Below are positions 45,181 through 54,122 of a stretch of DNA of 64,000 nt, piece after piece. Each line of letters starts with the position of its first letter. The first letter of the stretch is position 1. The stretch comes from an uncultured Acidobacteriaceae bacterium (GTDB lineage Bacteria > Acidobacteriota > Terriglobia > Terriglobales > Acidobacteriaceae). The stretch is taken from the NCBI GenBank assembly GCA_963703685.1, contig CAVPFI010000007.1, positions 3,662-67,661 on the forward strand, in the 5' to 3' direction. Made by a program: the position numbers and the translations under genes. The notes under the pieces were generated by a model. That model did no database searches. It saw only the letters and a program-made list of their open reading frames with translations, and had not been told where the DNA came from.

Positions 45181-45666
45181 CTAATCGCCCTCCTCGGAGA
45201 ACAACTTGTTTCCCTCAACGGTTATGACAACCGGAATGGGAGTACCGTCGGGTAGCGTCAGCGACTCTTGGACCATGAGAGCTTTCCTCGAGTTGTCGAC
45301 AAAAACGACGGCCAGGACGGATGTGCGCACCAAAACTCCGGACTCGAAGATGTTCACAGTCAGGGTGGCCGTGCAGTCAGAATTCACACTCCACGATCCT
45401 GTGATGGTCTCGTTGGCGAAGCCGCCGCCCACATTTCTGGCCTCCGTGCCAGAGACGTTCCCGGCCGCGTCTATTCTGGCTCTAGCTACCGCCGCACCCG
45501 GAACGGGGCCGGTTGGAGGAAGAAGGGTTCCCGTGAGGATGAGTCCCCAATTTCCCGCTGCTTTGGCGTTTGAACATGTTTCAGCCGCGTGCAGTACCGG
45601 TGCCATACCCAGGCAGAGGGCCGCGACTGATGTCACAAGCGTTGTCCGTGCAAACTTGCGTTTCAT
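45181..45666 (-). CDS. secreted hypothetical protein
   Basis: MKRKFARTTLVTSVAALCLGMAPVLHA signal peptide. AGGAGG RBS before the ATG at 45666. Confidence 0.6.
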   Translation of the reverse strand: MKRKFARTTLVTSVAALCLGMAPVLHAAETCSNAKAAGNWGLILTGTLLPPTGPVPGAAVARARIDAAGNVSGTEARNVGGGFANETITGSWSVNSDCTATLTVNIFESGVLVRTSVLAVVFVDNSRKALMVQESLTLPDGTPIPVVITVEGNKLFSEEGD

Positions 45667-45852
45667 GAGAAACCTCCTGATGGATCGCATTCGACCGCTT
45701 CCCGGCCATGGTTTTACGCGGCCATCCAGCAGAAAGTCCCGAGGGAAAGACGAAATTCGGGAGAGGTTCTCCCGAGGCCGTGCTTCCCGAATCTTTCAAC
45801 CGGCCTGCACGAGCGGTATATAATCCAGCCACTTTGTTCGCCGGGGCAGGTC

Positions 45853-47643
45853 GTGGACCTAGACTTCCGACTCGGAACCTGGCTGGTACAGCCCAGCCTT
45901 GACGCCATCACACGCGACGGCGCGACAATTCACCTCGAGCCGAAAGTGATGGAGGTGTTGGTCTGCCTGGCTCAGCATCCGGGCGAGCCTCTCACTAAAG
46001 AAAAACTGCTCCAGACCGTTTGGGCGGACACGTTCGTTACCGACGACGTACTGACGCGGTCGATTTCGGAATTGCGGCGCGCGTTCGAAGATGACGCGCG
46101 GGAATCCACCGTCATTCAAACCATCCCCAAGCGGGGCTACCGGTTGCTGGCGCCGGTTACATTTGTGAATGGAACCATTGCTACTCCGGGCGGCCAGGAG
46201 GCGGTCCGGCCTGCAGATCGAAGCCGGAGAGATGCCAAGACCATAAATTCCTTGGTGGTTCTGCCGTTCACTAATGCCAGCGGTGATCCTGATGCGGAAT
46301 ACTTGAGCGAAGGGATTACGGAAGCGATCATCAACCATCTTTCACAGCTGTCGAAGCTGCGCGTCGTACCCCGGAACACCGCGTTCCGTTACAAGACGCG
46401 GGAGGCCGACGCCGCAAGGCTGATGCGTGAGCTCGGCGTCGACGCCGTAGTTACGGGAAGGGTAGTGCAGCGAGGCGAACGTCTCATCGTTTGCTCAGAG
46501 CTCGTGGATCTGGCCAGTGAGGCACAGCTTTGGGGCGAACGTTACAATCGTCATCTCTCTGAAATATTCTCGGTCCAGGAAGAAATTGCCGCGCAGGTGT
46601 CCGAGGCGCTCAGACTGCAGTTGACAGGCGAGGAGAAGCAGCGTCTCTCCAGACAACACACTCAGAGCCGTGAGGCGTATCTGCTTTATCTCAAGGGCCG
46701 CTACCACTGCGCCAGGCGCACGGCGGAGGATGTCAAGCACGCTCTCCCTTACTTCCAGCGGGCGATTCAGGAAGACCCCGGCTATGCCCTGGCCTATGCC
46801 GGGCTAGCCGAGGGCTCAATCTTATTGACATGGACCGACGTCTGCTCGCCAAGCGAGGGGATCGAACAGGCCAAGAGAGCGGCTCGTAAGGCTGTAGAGA
46901 TCGATCCATGGCTCGCCGATGGATATACGGCACTCGGTTTCGTGAGTGCATGTGACCGAGACTGGGCGACCGTTGAACCCGCTTTCCGGCAGGCCATACG
47001 ACTCAATCCTGGTAGCTCCTTGGCCCACAGTTGGTATGCAGTATCCCTAGCTGCAATGGGGCGCTTCGATGAGGCGATTGCTTCAATTCGCGAAGCTCAA
47101 CAGATCGAACCGCTATCTCTCGTGCTTCTCCACCATGCGGCGTGGGTTCACTTGCTTGCGCGCCGTTACGATGAGGCCATCACTTACTGCCGTGAAGCGT
47201 TGGAGATGGAACCCAACTTTCCTTTGTGCGCCTTCTGGCTTGGAATTGCCTGTACAGAAAAAGGGATGCACGAGGAAGCGCTGACCTTTTTGCAGAGGGC
47301 CCGGGGGGATGGTCGCGGCGGTATACACTTTTTGATCGCGGCCCACGGCCACGCGTTGGCTCGTGCAGGGCGCAGGGCGGAGGCAGAAGACGTCCTCGGC
47401 CAATTAGTGAAGCCGGGCCAGTCGCTCTGTCGCGATTCATATGGGGAGTCGCTCATCCAAGTCGGCCTCGGAGAATTCGAGCAGGCCCTCGATTCCTTAG
47501 AAAAGGCGTACCGGGAAAGGTCCCTATCGCTAGCCTGCTGGGCTAAGTGCGACCCGAGGCTCGATCCACTTCGGGACTACCCGCGGTTTGATGATCTGCT
47601 TCGCCTGATCGGCGTGGGGACCGAGCGACCCAATTCGACGTAA
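45853..47643 (+). CDS. CadC/OmpR-type winged-helix transcriptional regulator with a C-terminal TPR domain
   Basis: N-terminus LEPKVMEVLVCLAQHPGEPLTKEKLLQTVWADTFVTDDVLTRSISELRRAF (trans_reg_C), a TolB-N-like segment (VVLPFTNASGDPD.EYLSEGITE), then TPR repeats. Confidence 0.85.
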   Translation: MDLDFRLGTWLVQPSLDAITRDGATIHLEPKVMEVLVCLAQHPGEPLTKEKLLQTVWADTFVTDDVLTRSISELRRAFEDDARESTVIQTIPKRGYRLLAPVTFVNGTIATPGGQEAVRPADRSRRDAKTINSLVVLPFTNASGDPDAEYLSEGITEAIINHLSQLSKLRVVPRNTAFRYKTREADAARLMRELGVDAVVTGRVVQRGERLIVCSELVDLASEAQLWGERYNRHLSEIFSVQEEIAAQVSEALRLQLTGEEKQRLSRQHTQSREAYLLYLKGRYHCARRTAEDVKHALPYFQRAIQEDPGYALAYAGLAEGSILLTWTDVCSPSEGIEQAKRAARKAVEIDPWLADGYTALGFVSACDRDWATVEPAFRQAIRLNPGSSLAHSWYAVSLAAMGRFDEAIASIREAQQIEPLSLVLLHHAAWVHLLARRYDEAITYCREALEMEPNFPLCAFWLGIACTEKGMHEEALTFLQRARGDGRGGIHFLIAAHGHALARAGRRAEAEDVLGQLVKPGQSLCRDSYGESLIQVGLGEFEQALDSLEKAYRERSLSLACWAKCDPRLDPLRDYPRFDDLLRLIGVGTERPNST

Positions 47644-47754
47644 TTTGCGACCAGTAAGCGACACCTTTTCTTTCCCGATTCGAAACACCAATCCAAATTG
47701 ACGTTACCGGCGTAACTTTGGACGTTGTTACTTCTTCCCTATCATTGAACAGTT

Positions 47755-49200
47755 ATGAATTTAACGTCATTGTTAATCTGCTCGGACGACCGCGCCTTGC
47801 GCGTGCTGCGCAGCGTCCTGGGCGAATTAGAAATTGACGTGGAACATTGCGCGGACGATGTGAGCGCCGCCAAAGAGTTGGCTCAGCGCAGCTATGGAGC
47901 CGTCATTATCGACTGCAAAGACGAGCGCAGCTTCGGCCTGCTGAGCAGCCTGCGTGCCGGAAAACACAACAGCAAATCCATGGCGATTGCGATTATCGAA
48001 GCGCGAACAAATTTGCAGGCTGCATTCAAGCTGGGCGCGAACTTCGTTGTCTTTAAACCCATCTCGACCGAAAAAGCGAAGTCGAGTTTTCGCGCCGCCC
48101 GCGCCCTCATGAAGCGGGAGCGCCGCCGCTCGGTGCGGCTGCAAGTGAATATCGCCGCGTATTTCCGCTTCCAGAATGGAGAGGGCGAGCAGGTCTCCAT
48201 CTCCAGCTTGAGCGAGGGCGGCATGGCGGTCCGATTTTCCGGAGCGCCGGGCAAGAGAAGCGGTCCCATCGCATTCAGCTTTGCGCTGCCTGACACCACC
48301 ACCGTGATTGAAGCGACGGGAACGATTGCCTGGCAGGATTCGCGCCAACACGCCGGCATCCAGTTTGCTTCGCTTTCCGACGCCTCGCTGCAGAGTCTCA
48401 AAGAATGGTTGCAACTGCAGTCCGGAGAGAAGCACGATCCGCCCATCCGCTGCGCTCTCGTGGGGCTAAGTTCTGGCGGATGCTTCTTGCGTACCCAGTC
48501 GCCCTTTCCTCCCCAGACCCGGGTCGAGATGCTGCTCCGGGCCGCAGATTGTTCCGTCAAGACGCAGGGAAGAGTGCAGCTCATGGATCCCGAACTCGGC
48601 ATGGGAATCGAATTCCTGGCCCGGACCCCGGAGCACCAGCAGCGTTTGCAAGAGTTAATCCAGCAGATGACAGCCAGCCCCGACTGTGTCTCCGAGGTGC
48701 TGGTGGAGCCGGATGGAATCGATTGGGAGCGGGCCTCTGCGTCGTCGGCCGGAACGACTAGCCAGGAACTGAAGAATGAGCCCAATCAGGATCCTCTGCT
48801 GGAATTGTTCCGCACCGGGGCCTCGCTCACCAAAGGACAGTTCCTGGCCGAACTGGAAAAGCACAAGTTGGCAGCTTCCGCGGGGCTTCCCGACGAAGCG
48901 TTGGACCTGAATCTTTCCGACCCTTTCGCTTATCAACGCCGGGAACCACGCATCGCCGTATCCCTGCCGGTTCAAGTGCGGGCACAGGAAAATCAGGAAG
49001 CTTCCATCGAGACGACTCATTTCATCGATGTCAGTCATCGCGGCGCGCGGCTCGGCGGGATTTCATTCCAACTGAAGGCCGGCGAAGTCGTGAATCTGGT
49101 TTCAGACGGCTGCGACGCGCGATTTCTAGTCATCTGGGTGGGAGAGCCGGGTACGCCGCAAGAAGGCCAGATCGGCTTGCAGAGCCTAGCCACGGACTGA
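47755..49200 (+). CDS. receiver-domain protein with three PilZ-like domains (c-di-GMP effector candidate)
   Basis: REC-like N-terminus (LLICSDD..VIIDCKD..FVVFKPIS). PilZ motifs RRRSVRL..SSLSEGGMAV and RREPRIAV..IDVSHRGARL, with a degenerate middle copy (VGLSSGGCFLRT). Confidence 0.75.
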   Translation: MNLTSLLICSDDRALRVLRSVLGELEIDVEHCADDVSAAKELAQRSYGAVIIDCKDERSFGLLSSLRAGKHNSKSMAIAIIEARTNLQAAFKLGANFVVFKPISTEKAKSSFRAARALMKRERRRSVRLQVNIAAYFRFQNGEGEQVSISSLSEGGMAVRFSGAPGKRSGPIAFSFALPDTTTVIEATGTIAWQDSRQHAGIQFASLSDASLQSLKEWLQLQSGEKHDPPIRCALVGLSSGGCFLRTQSPFPPQTRVEMLLRAADCSVKTQGRVQLMDPELGMGIEFLARTPEHQQRLQELIQQMTASPDCVSEVLVEPDGIDWERASASSAGTTSQELKNEPNQDPLLELFRTGASLTKGQFLAELEKHKLAASAGLPDEALDLNLSDPFAYQRREPRIAVSLPVQVRAQENQEASIETTHFIDVSHRGARLGGISFQLKAGEVVNLVSDGCDARFLVIWVGEPGTPQEGQIGLQSLATD

Positions 49201-49375
49201 GCGCCGCCCCCTCCCAGATTTGCCTCTAAGTCTTCCTTCGCGCCCTCCGCGATTTCCTTTGCGCCCTCAGCGATCAAAAGCTTTTTATCGCAGAGTTCGC
49301 AAAGAACCCCGCCAGGAACGCAAAGAACAGCCAGACCGAACCGCCCACCAACGATGTTCTTTTTCTTTGCCAACT

Positions 49376-49858
49376 CTACTGCTGCGCGGTCACAGACTTT
49401 AAATAGGCAACCACCGCTTCTGCATCCCCGCGGTTCATGCGGAACTGTGGCATGGGAGGGCGAAGCCGATTCCCCGTGGTCCAGATCCCAGTCGTCAGTA
49501 GCTTGACCATGTCCGCGTCGCTGGCGGGCAAGGGAGTGCCACCGATTCGCGGCGCGTTGATCGGCCAATTCGGGTCGGGCGTCACCGGCGTCCAAGGCAC
49601 GGGTGCGCCTTGCAACCAATGGGCCCGGTCAGGACTTCCGCCAGGGTCGCGCGGGGTGTGGCACTGTCCGCACATGGCCACGCTCTCCACGACATATTTT
49701 CCGCGAGCGACTCCGCCACCGCCGGCTTTCCCCCCATGCTGAGGTTTCTGACTTTGCGCAATAGCCAAAGTACCCGAGAGCAGGACCCCAACGGCGCAAA
49801 TACAGATGAACGCAAAGTGCACCACCACACGTCGCGGGGAAATTAATTTCCGAAGCAT
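49376..49858 (-). CDS. c-type cytochrome (mono-haem)
   Basis: A signal/TM segment followed by the CGQCHTP haem-binding site. Confidence 0.8.
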   Translation of the reverse strand: MLRKLISPRRVVVHFAFICICAVGVLLSGTLAIAQSQKPQHGGKAGGGGVARGKYVVESVAMCGQCHTPRDPGGSPDRAHWLQGAPVPWTPVTPDPNWPINAPRIGGTPLPASDADMVKLLTTGIWTTGNRLRPPMPQFRMNRGDAEAVVAYLKSVTAQQ

Positions 49859-49910
49859 GGATTTGACCTCATGGCTAATCTACGCTACGCAGCGCGAGTA
49901 CGGTATTGGG

Positions 49911-50732
49911 TCAAGCCTTACTCTGGCAGAGCGTTACGGCGATTATCTGGCGGGAATCGAAGCTGGCTGGCCGGGGGCTCTGCTGCCGGACCACACGATC
50001 CTGAATGCGAAACACGAATGCCGGCATGTGGGAGGTCACTATTTGGCGGATGCCCGGCCCAAACTCGTGCAGCAGGTTCCTGCCCGCGTCGCCGCCAATC
50101 GTCGAACCGAAATCTGTGAGCGGCGCCGCACCGGACCGCGCTCGATAGCGACGGGAAGCACTATCGGCAGCGACCGAGGTCAACACCCGGAGGAAGTAGT
50201 TAGTGTTCAGCTTGCGGTTTCCCGACTCGTCGCGCGTGACAAAAATTCTCGAAGCCGCATCAGTCGCTCGATCCATCACCTTATCTCGGGATGAAGGTTG
50301 ATAACGGGGTGCCTGATTCAGCTTCGACGGATTCAGGTATTTGCTGAAGAAGGCGTCGCCCTTGTTTGGCGCTTCGTTTCGTACTTCGATGTTTTGAAGC
50401 GGGACAGGCTTGTAGAGCAAAATCGCGCTCGGCGCCTCGGGAAGAACAATTCCGGCATGAGCCTCGCGAACCACGGCTGCGTTTACTCCCGCAGGACCCG
50501 CCGCCGCAGGCAGATGGGGCAAAGCCGCTTCCTTGCTGACTGTCTGTAGTTCTTCCTGGCCTGGAATCGTCCGGTTAAGAACCTGTGCCGACGGAGCATC
50601 CGGCAAGGTTTTGAATGGCGTACGCTGCTGCTGCTTTGCACTTTTCAACCCAGCATGTCCGCTCTGACACAGACCGGCACAAGCCGCTACTAGGCAAAAA
50701 ACCACGACCCGGATTGGTGCAATTCGTTTCAT
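49911..50732 (-). CDS. secreted hypothetical protein
   Basis: MKRIAPIRVVVFCLVAACAGLCQS signal peptide. Directly upstream of the cytochrome c gene on the same strand. Confidence 0.6.
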   Translation of the reverse strand: MKRIAPIRVVVFCLVAACAGLCQSGHAGLKSAKQQQRTPFKTLPDAPSAQVLNRTIPGQEELQTVSKEAALPHLPAAAGPAGVNAAVVREAHAGIVLPEAPSAILLYKPVPLQNIEVRNEAPNKGDAFFSKYLNPSKLNQAPRYQPSSRDKVMDRATDAASRIFVTRDESGNRKLNTNYFLRVLTSVAADSASRRYRARSGAAPLTDFGSTIGGDAGRNLLHEFGPGIRQIVTSHMPAFVFRIQDRVVRQQSPRPASFDSRQIIAVTLCQSKA

Positions 50733-51114
50733 ACTAACTGCAATTTGCGAGGTGGCCCGCCGCTTCCCGGCTCCGGCTTCTGCACGATTCCGACCACCGC
50801 TACTCTCGAAACTAGCACTTTACGTGCCACTCTTCTGAGCTATGTAGCTCGCATCTGTCGCTTTAGAGTTGGTTGAGGAACAGGGAGGGTGGGTTGGCGT
50901 CTCAAGGTTTTCCGGGTCCGATCTAAGGTATAGCGGTTATGGCAGCGCCGCCGTCCCGGCGGTTGTCCGATGGGGCGTCCCCGCCCGCCGTGATGGGCGG
51001 CGCTACGGCCTGAGAAAGTTTTACCACCCGCTCGACAGTTTTCTTAGCGTTGTTGCCCGCTTGCCTGCGGCGGCACAAAAGCAGCGGGCAAAAGTGCCCG
51101 CTCCACACAAGCTG

Positions 51115-51588
51115 TTACCAGGCTTCGAGCAGCCTTTTGAGGATTTCCACAGCTTCGTCGAGCTTCGCCAGGTCAACCGGTGCGAGCGCATCCAGATGAG
51201 AGGCGAGGTAGGCGATGCGCAGGTGGCGTCCTTTCTGCAGCAGCCGGACGCCTTTGTTGGTGGGCCGAATCTGCATGCAGCGCCCGTCCCGCGGGTCGGC
51301 AATGATGTTCACCAAGCGGCTGCGCGCCAGCCCGGCCACAATCCGGCTCATGGTGGGCGGCTTCACCTGCTCGGCGGCGGCGAGTTCTCCCAGCGTCTTA
51401 GGGCCCCCGAAAACCAGCACTGACAGCGCCGAGAGGCGAGCCGGCCCCTGGCCGGTGGCGACATCCTGCTTGCGCACCCGGCGCAGCAGGTGGATGGCGG
51501 CAGAATGCAATCGGTCGGCAATCGCCAACACATCAGGATTTGCGGGGAAATCTGCGTGCACTCGGTCTCCGATTTTCATCATCATCAA
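51115..51588 (-). CDS. MarR-family transcriptional regulator
   Basis: ..ARLSALSVLVFGGPKTLGELAAAEQVKPPTMSRIVAGLARSRLVNIIADPRDGRCMQIRPTNKG.. is a winged-HTH typical of MarR. Confidence 0.85.
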   Translation of the reverse strand: MMMMKIGDRVHADFPANPDVLAIADRLHSAAIHLLRRVRKQDVATGQGPARLSALSVLVFGGPKTLGELAAAEQVKPPTMSRIVAGLARSRLVNIIADPRDGRCMQIRPTNKGVRLLQKGRHLRIAYLASHLDALAPVDLAKLDEAVEILKRLLEAW

Positions 51589-51638
51589 TCGAATTTTTCG
51601 AGCAATCGAATTTTGCGCTTGACGGGCCCGGCCAAATA

Positions 51639-51657
51639 TAGTTAGCTATGCTAACTA
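51639..51657. promoter_or_regulatory. perfect palindrome, candidate MarR operator in the divergent intergenic region
   Basis: TAGTTAGC tat GCTAACTA lies between the MarR gene (minus strand) and the VOC gene (plus strand). TTGACG is 13 nt upstream. Confidence 0.5.
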
Positions 51658-51679
51658 ATTACCCATTGGAGGTCAAGAC

Positions 51680-52072
51680 ATGGATACGGTTACGGCTGGA
51701 ATCGGAATCTCGCGCATCGGTCAAATCGCCATCAACGCCCATGACGTTGAGCGCGCCTGCGGGTTCTATCAGGATATGCTTGGCCTGAAGTTGCTATTCA
51801 AGGCTGGCCCGGGACTCGCGTTTTTCGATTGCGGCGGCGTGCGCCTGATGCTGACGCGTCCCGAGAAGCCGGAGTTTGATCATCCCGGCTCGGTCCTCTA
51901 CTTTGCCGTCCCCGACATTCAGGCCGCCCACGCGGCGATGAAAGATAAGGGCGTGCGCTTTGAGGACGAGCCGCACGTGATCGCCAGAATGCCTGACCAC
52001 GATTTATGGATGGTGTTCTTCCGCGACACCGAAGGGAATTTGATGGGACTGATGAGCGAGGTGAAGAACTAG
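51680..52072 (+). CDS. VOC-family (glyoxalase/bleomycin-resistance/dioxygenase) protein
   Basis: 130 aa. IGQIAINAHDVERACGFYQDMLGLKL...GNLMGLMSE is typical of the VOC fold. Confidence 0.8.
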   Translation: MDTVTAGIGISRIGQIAINAHDVERACGFYQDMLGLKLLFKAGPGLAFFDCGGVRLMLTRPEKPEFDHPGSVLYFAVPDIQAAHAAMKDKGVRFEDEPHVIARMPDHDLWMVFFRDTEGNLMGLMSEVKN

Positions 52073-52200
52073 GGGCTTTCGGCTTTCGGCTTTGGGTTCT
52101 CAACCTCAGTTCAAAGTTCAAGGGATTCGTGGCGGAAGCCGGAAGCCAAACCCGAAAGCCGGCTCTGCTATCATCGCTGGCGGAGCATTTCGCAACTACT

Positions 52201-52485
52201 ATGCAGGATTTCGAGGACGAGGACGACGAAGTACCGATTCGTACCGGAAGAGGAGAAGGATTCATGGACGAAGTTCCCGCCACAGGCTCGGGCCACGCAC
52301 GCCGCAACGAAGATATCGCCCTGGATTTGATGAAGTTTATCGCCATGACCACCGGCTACGGCCGAACTACGTCTTCCGGCGTGGGATTTCAAGGCACCGG
52401 CTCCGCCGCCAAACCAGAAGATTACGCCGCCCACCTGCTCGAGTTGTACGGAAAGTGCCTAGGCGCAGTGGCCGCGAAGAAGTAA
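52201..52485 (+). CDS. small hypothetical protein with an acidic N-terminus
   Basis: The start MQDFEDEDDEV at 52201 is preferred, because the upstream part of the track ORF covers a palindromic GCTTTCGGCTTTGGG/CCCGAAAGCC repeat. Confidence 0.4.
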   Translation: MQDFEDEDDEVPIRTGRGEGFMDEVPATGSGHARRNEDIALDLMKFIAMTTGYGRTTSSGVGFQGTGSAAKPEDYAAHLLELYGKCLGAVAAKK

Positions 52486-52521
52486 GGAGCAGATCCAGAT
52501 CGAGTTAACACGGGTGCGGCG

Positions 52522-53379
52522 ATGAGCAACTTGAACCGAGGCACGGCAGCGCGTTGGTTGAGTATGCTCCAGCTTGCAGCGACGCTCGCCGCAGTGACGA
52601 TTGCCGCAGCGATCACTGGCGGGATTACAGCAGACGCACAGTCAGCCTCGGTTGACTGGGATCGGTGGACGTCCTGCACCGCTACCGGGCTGATCGGAGA
52701 TCGTCACCACGAGGGCCCGGATTTCAACGTACGAGTTTCTTTTCGTGAGCAGCCGGTGTCTGGAGTGAAGGTTGTCCTGATAGACGAAACTGCTCAGCCG
52801 AGCTCTGGAGTGGTAGCTGCCGCAGACACTGATCGGGATGGTGCCGCTCACTTTTTCATGATCTTCCCAGGAATATATCAGGCTCACATCGATCAGGGAC
52901 TGCTGGCGCCGAGCCCGGAAATTGAAGTAGAGGCGAACAACGGCAGGGCGGAAGAAGTTCGGATTGAATGGCCGTGGTCGCCGGCCGTCACTCGCAGCTT
53001 GCGCGGCCAGATCACTTCCTGGCAAAAAGACAGCCCGCAGAATCGGAGCGAGCGACGGCCTTTTGCGCGCGCGCTGGTCCAATTGCTCGACTTGCGAAGC
53101 GGTAAACTGCTCGCGAGCACACCCACAAACACCGATGGCTATTACGAGTTTCCAGTTTCGAGAGACGGCCTTTACGTTGTAAGGGTAAGCGAAGCTCGAG
53201 ACCCGAGTGAAACCGCTTATGACAAAGCGGTTGAAGTTGCGTGGCAGGCAAGCAGGGATTTCATGCCGGGGCTGGAAGTCGTCCACACATGTGGCGGCGG
53301 GCTGGTCGAGTTGCCGGATACGATCGATTGGCAAGACGCAGCAGTTACGGTGGCAAGCGGGTCCATTTCGACAAAATAA
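52522..53379 (+). CDS. secreted protein with two carboxypeptidase-regulatory-like (Ig-like) domains
   Basis: Signal peptide, then SGVKVVLID..AADTDRDGAAHF and ARALVQLLD..TPTNTDGYYEF patterns. Confidence 0.6.
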   Translation: MSNLNRGTAARWLSMLQLAATLAAVTIAAAITGGITADAQSASVDWDRWTSCTATGLIGDRHHEGPDFNVRVSFREQPVSGVKVVLIDETAQPSSGVVAAADTDRDGAAHFFMIFPGIYQAHIDQGLLAPSPEIEVEANNGRAEEVRIEWPWSPAVTRSLRGQITSWQKDSPQNRSERRPFARALVQLLDLRSGKLLASTPTNTDGYYEFPVSRDGLYVVRVSEARDPSETAYDKAVEVAWQASRDFMPGLEVVHTCGGGLVELPDTIDWQDAAVTVASGSISTK

Positions 53380-53380
53380 A

Positions 53381-53406
53381 AAGCCGCGCACTGAAATGCG
53401 CGGCTT
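53381..53406. terminator. bidirectional hairpin terminator between convergent genes
   Basis: AAGCCGCGCA ctgaaa TGCGCGGCTT, flanked by an A-run upstream and TT downstream. Confidence 0.6.
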
Positions 53407-53441
53407 TAGACAACTGGAGGCGCTCGAGGCCAAGCTCCGAC

Positions 53442-53840
53442 TTAACGGCGTCTCTTGCCTTTCTTCCCCGCTTTTTTCGCAGCTTTCTTCGCGGGACGCT
53501 TCGCCGCTTTTTTCTTCGCGGTTTTCTTGGCAGCCTTCTTTTTCGCAGGCTTCTTCGCTGCTTTTTTCTTCGCAGGCTTTTTGGCCGCCTTCTTTTTCGC
53601 GCTGGGCTTGCTGCCGCCACCTCCGCCGCTTGGGGCGGACGGCGCGGGTTTGGGCTTGGGGGCAGGAGGCGGCGGAACGCTGATGGATGCCGGCGTGCTG
53701 CCTTCGGGAGCCGGTGTACCGGACTCTTCTTCCTCCTCCTCTTCTTCGAAATCTTCTTCCAGCGACTCGCTGTAAGCGCCGCTGTCGCCGAATTCCTCTT
53801 CTTCATCACGTGCGTACAGCGTGGGATCGTAGAACGTCAT
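53442..53840 (-). CDS. histone-H1-like / AKP-repeat lysine-rich protein with an acidic N-terminal half
   Basis: 132 aa. An EEEFGDSG..EEDFEEEEEEEE block, a Pro-rich linker, then seven or more KKAAKKPAKKKAA-type repeats. Confidence 0.7.
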   Translation of the reverse strand: MTFYDPTLYARDEEEEFGDSGAYSESLEEDFEEEEEEEESGTPAPEGSTPASISVPPPPAPKPKPAPSAPSGGGGGSKPSAKKKAAKKPAKKKAAKKPAKKKAAKKTAKKKAAKRPAKKAAKKAGKKGKRRR

Positions 53841-54122
53841 TGCTCCTCCTGATTTCAGTGGCGGCCGGGTGCGGATAGGGCTGCCCGGCTGCGGGCACGA
53901 AGAATTTAAAAGACCACCGGAAACTTCTGCTGGAACGGCGCGCGATTATAGCACGACATTCCGTGTAGCCTGCAAGGACAAGGACTGCCACGGACCGCTC
54001 GCTATCCTGTTATCACAGTGACGTGGGTTAAGGGAAGAAGAAAAGGAAGAAAACCGATCTCGGACCGAAAACTGAAAGAATCCTACGCCCATGGCCCCCG
54101 CGTTTCTTTTTGACCATGAGTC

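Noticed and set aside
47892-48785. 297-aa minus-strand ORF
   Set aside because: It is antisense to the REC-PilZ gene, which has clear domain motifs.
52642-53433. 263-aa minus-strand ORF
   Set aside because: It is antisense to the secreted carboxypeptidase-regulatory-like protein, and nothing supports it.
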